A stretch of DNA of 64,000 nucleotides from an uncultured Chloroflexia bacterium (GTDB lineage: Bacteria > Chloroflexota > Limnocylindria > Limnocylindrales > CSP1-4). The notes beneath the pieces are model-generated. The model worked only from the letters and a program-made list of their open reading frames with translations. It was not told where the DNA came from and searched no databases. Made by a program: the position numbers and the translations under genes. Positions 10,169-19,564 of this stretch are shown one piece after another. Position 1 is the first letter of the stretch, and each line of letters opens with the position of its first letter. Location: the NCBI GenBank assembly GCA_963813335.1, contig CAWEYL010000001.1:192001-256000 (forward strand), written 5' to 3'.

Positions 10169-10480
10169 ATGGCGAAGCCAAGCCGCGCCAAAAGCGCCAC
10201 ATTGCCGGTCGATGCGGCCACGTCCGTCGGCGTGCGAGAACTGCGCGACCATCTCTCCGTCTACCTTGGCCGCGTCAAGGCCGGCGAAACCCTGACCATC
10301 ACCGAGCACGGACGCCCCATCGCGACCCTGATCGGTCGGGGTCTGCCACCATCGCTCCTCGCGCTGGTCGCGCGCGGGGAGGCCACGCTGCCGACGCGGC
10401 CGCTCTCGGACCTGCTCGCCGTCCGAGGAGTGCCATACGACGGCGACGTCCAGGCACTGATCGACGAGATCCGCGGGTGA
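10169..10480 (+). CDS. Phd/YefM-family antitoxin (VapB-like)
   Basis: VGVRELRDHLSVYLGRVKAGETLTITEHGRPIATL; overlaps the PIN gene. Confidence 0.85.
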   Translation: MAKPSRAKSATLPVDAATSVGVRELRDHLSVYLGRVKAGETLTITEHGRPIATLIGRGLPPSLLALVARGEATLPTRPLSDLLAVRGVPYDGDVQALIDEIRG

Positions 10481-10905
10481 CCGCCTACGTCGACAGTTCG
10501 GCCATCGCGAAGCTCGTCCTGCTTGACGAGTCGGCTCACGAGCAACTGGCCGCGCTCCTCGCGGCCGTGGGGAGCATCGCGTCGAGCCGCCTGACCTATG
10601 TCGAGACCCGGGCGGCGATCGCCAGCGCGCGACGAGCCGGTCGGCTGTCGTCACGCGACCACGATGGGGCGGTCGCGGCCATCGATGCCCTGTGGCCGAC
10701 GGTTGCCGTCATCGATCTGACGCAGGCGGTGGCGCGTGAGGCCGCCGACATCGCGGAGACGTTCGGCCTCAGGGCCGGCGATGCCGTCCAACTTGCGAGC
10801 CTTCGGCGACTCGGTCAGGACGTCCCGCTGTTGATCGCCTGGGACGTCCGCCTTCGCGCTGCGGCCGTCGCCAGTGGCTACGACGTCTACCCGCCCGAGG
10901 CATGA
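10477..10905 (+). CDS. vapC: VapC-family PIN-domain toxin
   Basis: AYVDSSAIAKL...E, SRLTYVE, LRAGDAVQLAS, AWDVRLRAAA; GTGA coupling to the antitoxin. Confidence 0.85.
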   Translation: MTAYVDSSAIAKLVLLDESAHEQLAALLAAVGSIASSRLTYVETRAAIASARRAGRLSSRDHDGAVAAIDALWPTVAVIDLTQAVAREAADIAETFGLRAGDAVQLASLRRLGQDVPLLIAWDVRLRAAAVASGYDVYPPEA

Positions 10906-11745
10906 ATGCCTGAGGGCGACACCCTCTTCCGCACCGCAGCCGGGTTGCGGCCGTATCTCGTGGGGCGCCCCGTGACCGCGGCCAGGACGCAAGGCCCCGG
11001 ACCGGTCCCGCAGGTCCACCGGGTGATCGGCAGGACGATCGAGTCGGTCGACTCGATGGGCAAGAACCTCATCATCCGCTTCGACGGCGGGCTGGAGCTG
11101 CGGACGCATCTGCGCATGAACGGCTCGTGGCATCGCTATCGACCCGGCGAGCGCTGGCGCCGCCCGGCGTCGCGGGCGCGGCTCGTCCTCGAGGTCCCGG
11201 GCGCGGTGGCGGTCTGCTTCGATGCCCCGGTGGTCGAGCTCCTCGAGACCCGCGCCGAGACGCTCCACCCGTCGCTCGGCCGACTCGGGCCGGACCTGCT
11301 GGCGGACGACTTCGACGCGACCGAGGCGCACCGCCGGCTGCGCGATCCGTCGCGAGCCGACGTGGAGGTCGCCGTCGCGCTGCTCGACCAACGTGCGCTC
11401 GCCGGCATCGGCAACGTCTACAAGAACGAGGTCCTGTGGATCGAGCGGGTCTCGCCGTTCGCCCGGGTCGCCGACGTCGACGACGCGACCCTCGACCGCC
11501 TGATCGCGACCGCCCGGCGGCTGCTGCAGGCCAACGCCGCCACGGTGCGCGGCCCGGAACGGGTCACCACCGACGGCGACCGCGGTGCGCCCGGGCCGCT
11601 CTACGTCTACGGCCGGACCGGGCGTCCGTGCCGCCGCTGCCGGACAGCGATCCGCTCGACCCAGCAGGGCGCCGACCTGCCGCGGACGACGTACTGGTGC
11701 CCGGCCTGCCAGGGCGGTTCCGTATCATCGGCCGGTCATGTGTGA
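10906..11745 (+). CDS. nei: Fpg/Nei family DNA glycosylase/AP lyase
   Basis: N-terminal MPEGD, GKNL, HLRMNGSW, LLDQRALAGIGNVYKNE (H2TH) and C-terminal zinc finger CRRC...WCPACQ. Confidence 0.92.
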   Translation: MPEGDTLFRTAAGLRPYLVGRPVTAARTQGPGPVPQVHRVIGRTIESVDSMGKNLIIRFDGGLELRTHLRMNGSWHRYRPGERWRRPASRARLVLEVPGAVAVCFDAPVVELLETRAETLHPSLGRLGPDLLADDFDATEAHRRLRDPSRADVEVAVALLDQRALAGIGNVYKNEVLWIERVSPFARVADVDDATLDRLIATARRLLQANAATVRGPERVTTDGDRGAPGPLYVYGRTGRPCRRCRTAIRSTQQGADLPRTTYWCPACQGGSVSSAGHV

Positions 11746-12454
11746 GCACTACGTGGTCCGCGCCGCGACGCCGTTCCGGCTCGACGAGCTGTGGCCGTTC
11801 ACCGAGAAGCTCGAGCACTTCGGGCTCGCCGGGTTCGGCTGGGGCGCGTCATGGCTCCAGCCCGACGGCGGCCTCGCCTCCTATCGCGATGTCCGGGCAT
11901 TCGCCGACGACCCGGGGCGCGAGCGGATCGGCGCGGTCGAGACCACCAGCGCGCTCGTCCACCTGCGCCGGCCGTCGAGGCTCTCGACGCTGACGCTGCC
12001 GGACACGCAACCGTTCGACGACCCCGCCGGGCGGTTCGCGTTCAGCCACAACGGCGACCTGCGCGACTACAAGAGCCTGCGAGCGACGTACCGGGAGCAG
12101 GGACGGATCCACGGCCGCGCGGACACGGAGGTGGGTGCGCGCTGGCTCGAGGACGCATGGCATCCGGGCGAGCAGGTCGGCCACCTGCTGGCCGCCCTCC
12201 ACGACCGCTTCGGCGGGCAGGCCAACCTGGCCGTGATCGCCGCCGACGGCACGCCGTCGCACTACGCGGGCAACGGCGAGAACCCGGTCTTCTCGTTCCG
12301 GCTCGGGCGGATCGGGGTCGTCTCGACCGGCATCTACTCGCTGGACCGGTCGCTGTTCCGGTTCGTGGCGCCCGGCGCGAGCACGCGGCGGCTGGTCCCG
12401 CTCCACACGACGGTCTCCCTCGACGGCGACGGGGCACCGACCATCGAAGCGTAG
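11738..12454 (+). CDS. Class II glutamine amidotransferase / Ntn-hydrolase domain protein
   Basis: N-terminal Met-Cys, GWG, HLRRPS, TQPF, FSHNG, DTE motifs. Confidence 0.75.
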   Translation: MCEHYVVRAATPFRLDELWPFTEKLEHFGLAGFGWGASWLQPDGGLASYRDVRAFADDPGRERIGAVETTSALVHLRRPSRLSTLTLPDTQPFDDPAGRFAFSHNGDLRDYKSLRATYREQGRIHGRADTEVGARWLEDAWHPGEQVGHLLAALHDRFGGQANLAVIAADGTPSHYAGNGENPVFSFRLGRIGVVSTGIYSLDRSLFRFVAPGASTRRLVPLHTTVSLDGDGAPTIEA

Positions 12455-12537
12455 GATGGTGTAACGACCCTCGCGTCCAGCGCGTCATGGTGGCAGGCCG
12501 ACGGACGGACCTGCTCGCGACAGCACGAGGCGGCAGG

Positions 12538-13884
12538 ATGCAGAGCCCAGACGCATCCGGACCCAGCGACCTGGCGGCGGACGGCCGGCCCACCGCGCGG
12601 CTCCCGATGGGCCAGCTCATCCGGATCTCGCTGTACTGGCTCGGGCTGTCGGCGATCTTCACCGGCCTGAACGTGATCATGACGGGCCGGCTCGTCTTCA
12701 CCGGCTTGGTCCCCGAGGACGAGGTGGGACGGACGCTGTTCCGGCTCACGGCCTTCGGGGCGCTCATCGCCGTCATCGTCCAGCCGACGGTCGGCTCGAT
12801 CTCCGACTACACGATCTCCCGGTGGGGCCGACGCAAGCCGTACATCTTCATCGGCTCGGTCCTCGATGTCGTCTTCCTCATCGGCATCGCGACGAGCAAC
12901 GACCTGGTGGCCATCGCGGCGTTCATCGCACTGCTCCAGTTCAGCTCCAACTTCGCCCAGGGCCCGTTCCAGGGGTATATCCCGGATCTCGTCCCGGCCG
13001 CCCAGGTCGGCTTGGCGAGCGCCCTGGTCGGCGTGATGCAGGTCCTCGGCAACGTGTCGGGCTATGTCGTCGGCGGCATCGCGACGGCCACGCACAACTA
13101 CTCCCTGGGCCTGGTCGCCCTCGGCGTGCTGGAGCTTGCGACGATGCTCTCGGTGGTGATCCGGGTCCGCGAGGGCTCGGTCGCCAAGCCACGCAAGGGC
13201 CGGTCGTGGTGGTCGGTCGCCGGCGAGGCCTGGGGCACCGACATCCTGCGCGAACGCAGCTTCCTCTGGCTCGTCGGGTCGCGCCTCGCCATCCTGATGG
13301 CGGGGTCGTTCCTCACCCAATGGGCGCTGCTCTACCTCAACCGCTCACTCGGCCTCGGTGAGAAGGACGCCGGGACCATCCTGATCCCGCTCGTGGGCGT
13401 GGTCGGGCTCGGGACGCTCGTCTCGGTCGTGCCCGCGGCGAGGATCTCGGACCGCGTCGGTCGCAAGCCGGTGATCTGGGCGAGCTGCGTCATCGGCGCC
13501 ATCGGTCTCGCGACCACGGCGATCGCCCCGAGCGTTCCGGTCGCGTTCCTCGGCGCGGTGATCTATGGGCTGTCCGCCGGGATCTTCCTGGCCGTGGACT
13601 GGGCGCTGATGACCGACATCATCCCGAAGGCGTCGACGGGCCGCTACATGGGCCTGTCGAATGTCGCCACGGCGTCGGCGGGTGTGCTCGCGGTCGCCGT
13701 CGGCGGCGTGGTGATCGACCTCGTGGGCGGGGGGCAGGGCGTCCGGGACGCGCTCTGGATCGGCGTCCTCCTGATGGGCGTCGGCGCGCTCCTGCTCAGG
13801 CCGGTCGACGAGCGCCGTCGTGAGATCGGCGACGACCCGACACCGGTCGTGGTGCTGTCAGAGGCGGCGACGCCGCTCGCCTAG
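12538..13884 (+). CDS. MFS transporter
   Basis: About 12 TM segments; GSISDYTISRWGRRKPY and ISDRVGRKP motif A. Confidence 0.88.
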   Translation: MQSPDASGPSDLAADGRPTARLPMGQLIRISLYWLGLSAIFTGLNVIMTGRLVFTGLVPEDEVGRTLFRLTAFGALIAVIVQPTVGSISDYTISRWGRRKPYIFIGSVLDVVFLIGIATSNDLVAIAAFIALLQFSSNFAQGPFQGYIPDLVPAAQVGLASALVGVMQVLGNVSGYVVGGIATATHNYSLGLVALGVLELATMLSVVIRVREGSVAKPRKGRSWWSVAGEAWGTDILRERSFLWLVGSRLAILMAGSFLTQWALLYLNRSLGLGEKDAGTILIPLVGVVGLGTLVSVVPAARISDRVGRKPVIWASCVIGAIGLATTAIAPSVPVAFLGAVIYGLSAGIFLAVDWALMTDIIPKASTGRYMGLSNVATASAGVLAVAVGGVVIDLVGGGQGVRDALWIGVLLMGVGALLLRPVDERRREIGDDPTPVVVLSEAATPLA

Positions 13885-14816
13885 CTCGCGCTCGGCCTCG
13901 GACCCGCGACGCGCGCTCGCGCGATCCCAAACCAGCGGCGCCACGTGGACGGTCGCAGGAAGTCGAACGGGTCGGGCCGGCGGTACAGCCATGGCACGAA
14001 CGCCCAGAGGTAGACGAGGTAGTCGAGGCGGACCGGCCGCGCCCCGAACCCGAAGAGCACCTGGAGCTGGATGATCGTGAGCGGCAGCGTGATGATGCTG
14101 AGCGCGATCGAGACCGCGAGCCAGAGCAGGCCCCATCGCCGCGTCCGCGGCGCGAGGATGAACCAGTGGATGGCCGGGATCCATTTCATCCATGTCGCGA
14201 GGGCCCACAGCAGCCCGCCGAGGCGCGGACCCGTGAATTGGGCGGCCCACAGCATCAGCGTGAGTTGCAGGTTGATGTTGCCGGTATCGAGATTGGCCCC
14301 GAACGGGAACGCCAGCAGCGCGAAGATGACCGCGGTGGTCAGCGGCCGCTGGCGATACGCCCAGTGGATGGTCCAGAGCAGCAGCAGGATCGTGCCGCCG
14401 CGCCACACGAACCAGGCGACGTCCCACGGCAGGATCGCCCACGGCGTGAACAGCGGCAGCATCCACGGGGCGTAGACGTACGGGAGGAACGGGCCTGTCG
14501 GGTGGTAGGCGTCGCCGCCGTTCAGCCAGATGCGGACGGCCGCCCAGTAGGCCCGTGCATCGGCCCCGCCGGGCTCGCCGCGTGCGATGAGACCGGCCGC
14601 GAGCAGCGCGAAGGACAGGCTGAGCAGCAGGATCGCGGCGATGCGCCGCGGGTCGTGGAGCCGCGACCACTCCCGCCGCAGGGCCCGCCGGAAGACGCCG
14701 GCCCGGCGCCTCGTCGGGCGGTCGAGCAGGTCCGAGAGGTCGACCACGATCCGCCCGCGTCCCTGGGCCGAGCCGGGGATCGGGTGAAGACCGGCGGGCT
14801 CCTCCTCATCGGTCAT
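13881..14816 (-). CDS. GT87-like polytopic (GT-C) glycosyltransferase
   Basis: DARAYW, PYVYAPW..PLFTPWAILPW, GNIN, KWIPA patterns with multiple TM helices. Confidence 0.65.
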   Translation of the reverse strand: MTDEEEPAGLHPIPGSAQGRGRIVVDLSDLLDRPTRRRAGVFRRALRREWSRLHDPRRIAAILLLSLSFALLAAGLIARGEPGGADARAYWAAVRIWLNGGDAYHPTGPFLPYVYAPWMLPLFTPWAILPWDVAWFVWRGGTILLLLWTIHWAYRQRPLTTAVIFALLAFPFGANLDTGNINLQLTLMLWAAQFTGPRLGGLLWALATWMKWIPAIHWFILAPRTRRWGLLWLAVSIALSIITLPLTIIQLQVLFGFGARPVRLDYLVYLWAFVPWLYRRPDPFDFLRPSTWRRWFGIARARVAGPRPSAS

Positions 14817-14919
14817 GGCGGGGCGATTCTCGCACGCCCGTTGCGCGGCCCGTCTCGGCGTGCGGACCGGCCGAGAAGGTATCCTCTCCGCCAACCACCG
14901 TCGAAGTGCCAGGAGGCCC

Positions 14920-15756
14920 GTGGCCGAGGGAACCGTCATCATCATCGGCGGCGCCGAGGACAAGGTCCGGGACCGGGTCATCCTCAGCCGGTTCGTGGCG
15001 CTCGCGGGCGGCGTGGACGCCACGATCGCGGTCATCTCCACCGCGTCGTCGCTGGGGCTGGAGGCGGGCGAGCGCTACCGCGAGGTCTTCGGCGAACTGG
15101 GGGTCACGCAGGTCCGGCCGCTGCACGCGGTCACCCGCCCGCAGGCCAACGACGAGTCCGCGGTGCTGGCGGTCCGCGACGCGACCGGCATCTTCCTGAC
15201 CGGCGGCAACCAGCTCCGCCTGTCCTCGACCATCGGCGGGACGCGGCTGGCGGACGCGATCATGGAGCGGTTCCGCCACGGTGCGGTCGTCGCCGGGACC
15301 TCGGCGGGCGCGTCGGCGATGTCCAGCCACATGATCGCGTTCGGGGCGTCCGGGGCGACCCCGAAGCACCGCATGGCCCAGATCTCCGCGGGGCTCGGCG
15401 TGCTCCCCGGCGTCATCGTCGACCAGCACTTCCAGCAGCGCAATCGGCTCGGCCGGCTGCTCAGCCTGATCGCCCAGAACCCGTCCCTCCTGGGGCTCGG
15501 CGTGGACGAGGACACGGCCGGCGTCGTCGGTCCCGATCACATCATGGAGGTCATCGGCCGCGGGTCGATCACGGTGGTCGACGGCGCGCAGTCCGAGACC
15601 GACGCCTGGGAGGTCCATGGCCACCGTCCGCTGATGATCAGCGGGGTCGTGCTGCATTCCCTGCCGGCGGGCTACCGCTTCGACCTGCGCCGCCGCGAGC
15701 GCATCATGACCCCGGCCCTCCACGCCCTGCCCGGCGGCGAGGCCGCGTCGAGCTAG
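14920..15756 (+). CDS. cphB: Cyanophycinase (peptidase S51)
   Basis: IIGGAEDK, FLTGGNQLRL, GTSAGA, DQHFQQRNRLGRL, GVDEDT; AGGAGG RBS. Confidence 0.93.
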   Translation: MAEGTVIIIGGAEDKVRDRVILSRFVALAGGVDATIAVISTASSLGLEAGERYREVFGELGVTQVRPLHAVTRPQANDESAVLAVRDATGIFLTGGNQLRLSSTIGGTRLADAIMERFRHGAVVAGTSAGASAMSSHMIAFGASGATPKHRMAQISAGLGVLPGVIVDQHFQQRNRLGRLLSLIAQNPSLLGLGVDEDTAGVVGPDHIMEVIGRGSITVVDGAQSETDAWEVHGHRPLMISGVVLHSLPAGYRFDLRRRERIMTPALHALPGGEAASS

Positions 15757-15810
15757 GCCGACCGATCCCGTCCGGCCGGGCAGCCGCCCGTGTCGACCAA
15801 GGAGGAACCC

Positions 15811-18669
15811 GTGGCCCAGAGCGCACCAGCGTCGCGCACGAAACGCAGCCCTCGATCGTCGAAGGTGGCGGCGACGGCGGACGCCACGGGGCCGCTGCCG
15901 ACGCTGCGCATCCTCGAGACCCGGGTCCTGCGCGGGCCGAACTACTGGGCGCGCGAGCCGGTCATCCGCATGCTGGTCGACCTCGGCGTCCTCGAGGAGT
16001 ACCCCTCGAGCAAGCTGCCGGGCTTCACGGACGCCCTCGTCGCGCTGATGCCGACGCTCGAGGACCATGCCTGCTCGCTCGGTCGGCGCGGCGGCTTCAT
16101 CACCCGGCTCCGTGACGGGACGTGGGCCGGCCACATCGCCGAGCATGTCGCCCTCGAGTTCCAGAACCTTGCCGGCACGAACGTCCGCCACGGCAAGACC
16201 CGCTCGGCGGGGACCACCGGGCAGTACAACTGCATCTACGAGTACGGCGAGGAGACGGTGGGCCTGGAGGCCGGGCGGATGGCCGTCGGGCTGGTCAACC
16301 ATCTCGTCGCCCCGGACGACCCGGAGGTCTTCTTCGACTTCGCCCCGCAGCTCGAGGCGCTCATCCGGGTGGCCGAGCGGTCGGCGTTCGGCCCCTCGAC
16401 CCAGGCGCTCATCGACGAGGCGGTCAGCCGCGACATCCCGTTCATCCGCCTGGACCGCCACTCGCTGGTCCAGTTCGGGCACGGCGTCCACCAGCAGCGG
16501 ATCCGCGCGACGATGACCTCGAAGACGTCGGCGATCGGGGTCGACATCGCGTCCGACAAGAACCTGACCAACAAGCTGCTCGACTCGGCGGGCCTGCCGG
16601 TGCCGCGCTCCGAGGTGGTGGACACCGAGGAGGCCACCGTCGCCGCGGCGAAGCGGTTCGGCTACCCGTGCGTGGTCAAGCCGCTCGACGGCAACCACGG
16701 CCGCGGCGTCCACCTGGACCTGCGCTCCGAGGAGGCGGTGCGCGCCGCGTTCCACGGGGCCCGTGCCGAGAGCCGTTCGGGTGACCTCGTGGTCGAGACG
16801 TACGTGGCGGGCAACGACTATCGCTGCCTGGTCATCGGCGGCAGGATCGCGGCCATCGCGGAGCGCGTGCCCGCGTCGGTCACCGGCGACGGCGAGCACA
16901 CCGTCCGCCAGCTGGTGGACATCGCCAACGCCGACCCCCGCCGCGGCATCGGGCACGAGAAGGTGCTGACCCGGATCAAGCTGGACGAGGCCGCGGAGGA
17001 CCTCGCGCGCAAGCAGGGCTACGAGCCCGATTCGGTCCCGCCCGAGGGCACGTGGCTCAAGCTGGCGCTGACCGGCAACATGTCGACGGGCGGCACGTCC
17101 ATCGACCGCACCATCGATGCCCACCCCGACAACATCGAGATCGCGGAGACCGCGGCGCAGATCGTCGGCCTCGACGTCGCCGGCATCGACTTCATCTGCC
17201 CGGACATCGCCACCCCGGTCCGCGAGACCGGCGGCGCGATCGTCGAGGTCAACGCGGCGCCCGGCTTCCGGATGCACACCAACCCGACCGAGGGCGAGCC
17301 GCAGTACGTCGCCCGGCCGGTCATCGATTCGCTGTTCCCGCCCGGCGTGTCGGCGCGCATCCCGATCGTGGCGGTGACCGGCACGAACGGCAAGACCACG
17401 ACGGTCCGGATGATCGCCCACATCCTCAAGCTGATGGGCCGGCGGGTCGGCATGACCTCGACCGACGGCATCGTGGTCGACGGCCGGCTGATCAAGAAGG
17501 GCGACATGTCCGGGCCGAAATCGGCCCAGACCGTGCTCCAGAACCCGACCGTGGACACCGCCGTCTTCGAGGTCGCCCGCGGCGGCATCCTGCGCGAGGG
17601 GCTGGGCTACGACCGCAACGACGTCGCGGTGGTGACCAACGTGGCCGGCGACCACCTCGGGCTCGGCGGCATCAACACGATCGGCCAGCTGGCCAACGTC
17701 AAGGGCGTGGTCGTGGAGGCGGTGCCGCGCTCCGGGACCGCGGTCCTCAACGCCGACGACGGCCACGTCTACCGCATGGGCCGCCACTGCGCCGGGCGGG
17801 TCGTGCTCTTCAGCATGTCGACGACGAAGGGCGAGGACGGCTTCGACCGCGTCGACGGGCACACCGGGCGGGGCGGGGCGGCGTTCTGCCTCGAGCCGTC
17901 GGCGGAGGGCGAGCTGATCGTCCTCAAGCTCGGGCCGCGGACGATGCCCGTGCTGTACACGCACCTGATCCCGGCGACGTTCGGCGGTCGGGCCCGGATG
18001 AACGTGGCGAACGCCCTGGCTGCGGCGGCCGCCGCGTGGGCCGCCGGCGCGCACCTGCACGACATCCGCCAGGGCCTGCGGACGTTCTCGACGTCGTTCT
18101 TCCAGGCGCCCGGCCGGCTCAACCTGCTCGACGTCGGCGGGGTGCGGGTCGTCATCGACTACTGCCACAACGTCGACGGGATGCGCCAGCTCGCCGACTT
18201 CGTGACCCGGATGATGGAGGAGACGCAGACGAAGGCCGGGCGGATCGGGGCGGCGAAGGCCGCCCAGCGGAACGGGCGCGCGATCGGCGTGCTCGGCATC
18301 CCCGGCGACCGGCGCGACGCGGACCAGCGCGAGTATGGCGCGATCGCGGCGACCGCCTTCGACGAGATCATCGTCCGCGAGGACAAGAACCTGCGCGGGC
18401 GGGCACCCGGCGAGACGGCGACCAATGTGCTCGACGGCGTGCGCGGGGCCAAGGCGAGCGGCAGCGGGCGCACGACCCGGTCCGACAAGATCCTCGAGGA
18501 GATGGCCGCGGTCCGCGCCGCGCTCCGCCGGGCGATCCCGGGCGACCTGGTCGTGTGCTGCGTCGACGACGCGATCGCCGTCTACCGCGAGGCCACGGCC
18601 GCCGCCGGCACGTCCCGTGGCGGCACGGCGTTCACCGACCCGGGCGAGTGGACCGCGCCCGAGGGCTGA
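15811..18669 (+). CDS. cphA: Cyanophycin synthetase CphA1 (N + ATP-grasp + Mur-ligase domains)
   Basis: LRGPNYW, C-x19-HIAEH, GPST, VKPLDGNHGRGV, NMSTGG, EVNAAPGFRMH, GTNGKTT, EVARGG, DHLG. Confidence 0.95.
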   Translation: MAQSAPASRTKRSPRSSKVAATADATGPLPTLRILETRVLRGPNYWAREPVIRMLVDLGVLEEYPSSKLPGFTDALVALMPTLEDHACSLGRRGGFITRLRDGTWAGHIAEHVALEFQNLAGTNVRHGKTRSAGTTGQYNCIYEYGEETVGLEAGRMAVGLVNHLVAPDDPEVFFDFAPQLEALIRVAERSAFGPSTQALIDEAVSRDIPFIRLDRHSLVQFGHGVHQQRIRATMTSKTSAIGVDIASDKNLTNKLLDSAGLPVPRSEVVDTEEATVAAAKRFGYPCVVKPLDGNHGRGVHLDLRSEEAVRAAFHGARAESRSGDLVVETYVAGNDYRCLVIGGRIAAIAERVPASVTGDGEHTVRQLVDIANADPRRGIGHEKVLTRIKLDEAAEDLARKQGYEPDSVPPEGTWLKLALTGNMSTGGTSIDRTIDAHPDNIEIAETAAQIVGLDVAGIDFICPDIATPVRETGGAIVEVNAAPGFRMHTNPTEGEPQYVARPVIDSLFPPGVSARIPIVAVTGTNGKTTTVRMIAHILKLMGRRVGMTSTDGIVVDGRLIKKGDMSGPKSAQTVLQNPTVDTAVFEVARGGILREGLGYDRNDVAVVTNVAGDHLGLGGINTIGQLANVKGVVVEAVPRSGTAVLNADDGHVYRMGRHCAGRVVLFSMSTTKGEDGFDRVDGHTGRGGAAFCLEPSAEGELIVLKLGPRTMPVLYTHLIPATFGGRARMNVANALAAAAAAWAAGAHLHDIRQGLRTFSTSFFQAPGRLNLLDVGGVRVVIDYCHNVDGMRQLADFVTRMMEETQTKAGRIGAAKAAQRNGRAIGVLGIPGDRRDADQREYGAIAATAFDEIIVREDKNLRGRAPGETATNVLDGVRGAKASGSGRTTRSDKILEEMAAVRAALRRAIPGDLVVCCVDDAIAVYREATAAAGTSRGGTAFTDPGEWTAPEG

Positions 18670-18817
18670 CGCGCCGCCCCGGTTCACCTCCTCCCATCCG
18701 GTTCACCTCCAGTGAACGGATGCATCCTCAAGCGCCCGACCGACCGCATCGAGCCTGCGTACGACCCGCACGGTGTATCGTGCTACTCGTGAGTAGCGTG
18801 TTCGCGGTCCGGAACGT

Positions 18818-19549
18818 ATGACCCGGCTCCCGGATCTGCGGCGGCGGCCGTGGGTCATGCGGATGCGCTGGGTCGACCTGCTGTTCGCACACTGGGCCGT
18901 CGATGCCGATGCCCTGCGCGCGAAGCTGCCGGACGGGCTCGACCTCGACCTGTTCGAGGGGCGCGCCTGGCTCGGCATCGTGCCGTTCGTGATGGAGGAC
19001 GTCGGGCCGCGCGGGCTGCCGGCGCCGCCGGCGGCCGGGCGGTTCCCGGAGCTCAACGTGCGGACCTACGTGCGCCACGAGGGCCGGCCGGGGGTCTGGT
19101 TCCTGAGCCTGGACGCGGCGAGCCGGCCGGCCGTGGAGGGCGCCAGGGCGAGCTTCCATCTGCCGTACTTCCACGCGGCGATGTCGACGGGTCGCGTGCG
19201 CGAGGTGATCGACTACCGCTCGGTCCGGGACGACCAGCGCGGGCCGCCCGCCCGGTTCACGGCGCGCTACCGGGCGACTGGGCCGGTCGAACGAGCGGCG
19301 CCGGGCTCGTTGGAGTCGTGGCTGACGGATCGGATGCGCCTGTTCGCGGCTGACGGGGAGGGGACGATCGCGCGGACCGAGATCATGCACCGACCCTGGC
19401 CGCTGCAACCGGCGGCCGCGCGCATCGAGCGCAACACGATGGCCGAGGCGCACGGCCTGACGCTCTCCGACGAGCCGCCGCACCTGCTGTACTCGGCACG
19501 GCTCGACGTCCGCGCCTGGTGGCCGAAGGTCGACCGGACCGAGGGCTGA
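18818..19549 (+). CDS. YqjF/DUF2071 family protein
   Basis: MRWVDLLFAHW, FPELNVRTYV, GVWFLSLDA, LPYFHAAM, HRPWPLQ. Confidence 0.85.
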   Translation: MTRLPDLRRRPWVMRMRWVDLLFAHWAVDADALRAKLPDGLDLDLFEGRAWLGIVPFVMEDVGPRGLPAPPAAGRFPELNVRTYVRHEGRPGVWFLSLDAASRPAVEGARASFHLPYFHAAMSTGRVREVIDYRSVRDDQRGPPARFTARYRATGPVERAAPGSLESWLTDRMRLFAADGEGTIARTEIMHRPWPLQPAAARIERNTMAEAHGLTLSDEPPHLLYSARLDVRAWWPKVDRTEG

Positions 19550-19564
19550 GCCCGGCGCCTGTCC

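Noticed and set aside
14883-14893. CCTCTCCGCCA identical to the tRNA-Ser 3' end (54968-54978), a possible att site
   Set aside because: Only 11 bp in GC-rich DNA, upstream of the tRNA, with no integrase and core genes in between.
14806-18687. 1293-aa antisense ORF opposite cphB-cphA (similar ones at 28705-31872, 37131-40016, 44564-46894, 58336-61431)
   Set aside because: Shadow ORFs caused by high GC3 codon bias; they have no motifs and lie fully opposite well-supported genes.
18705-18730. Possible ARG box (GTGAACGGATGCAT) downstream of cphA
   Set aside because: Spacing and AT content do not fit the ArgR consensus, and it is not at a cph promoter.
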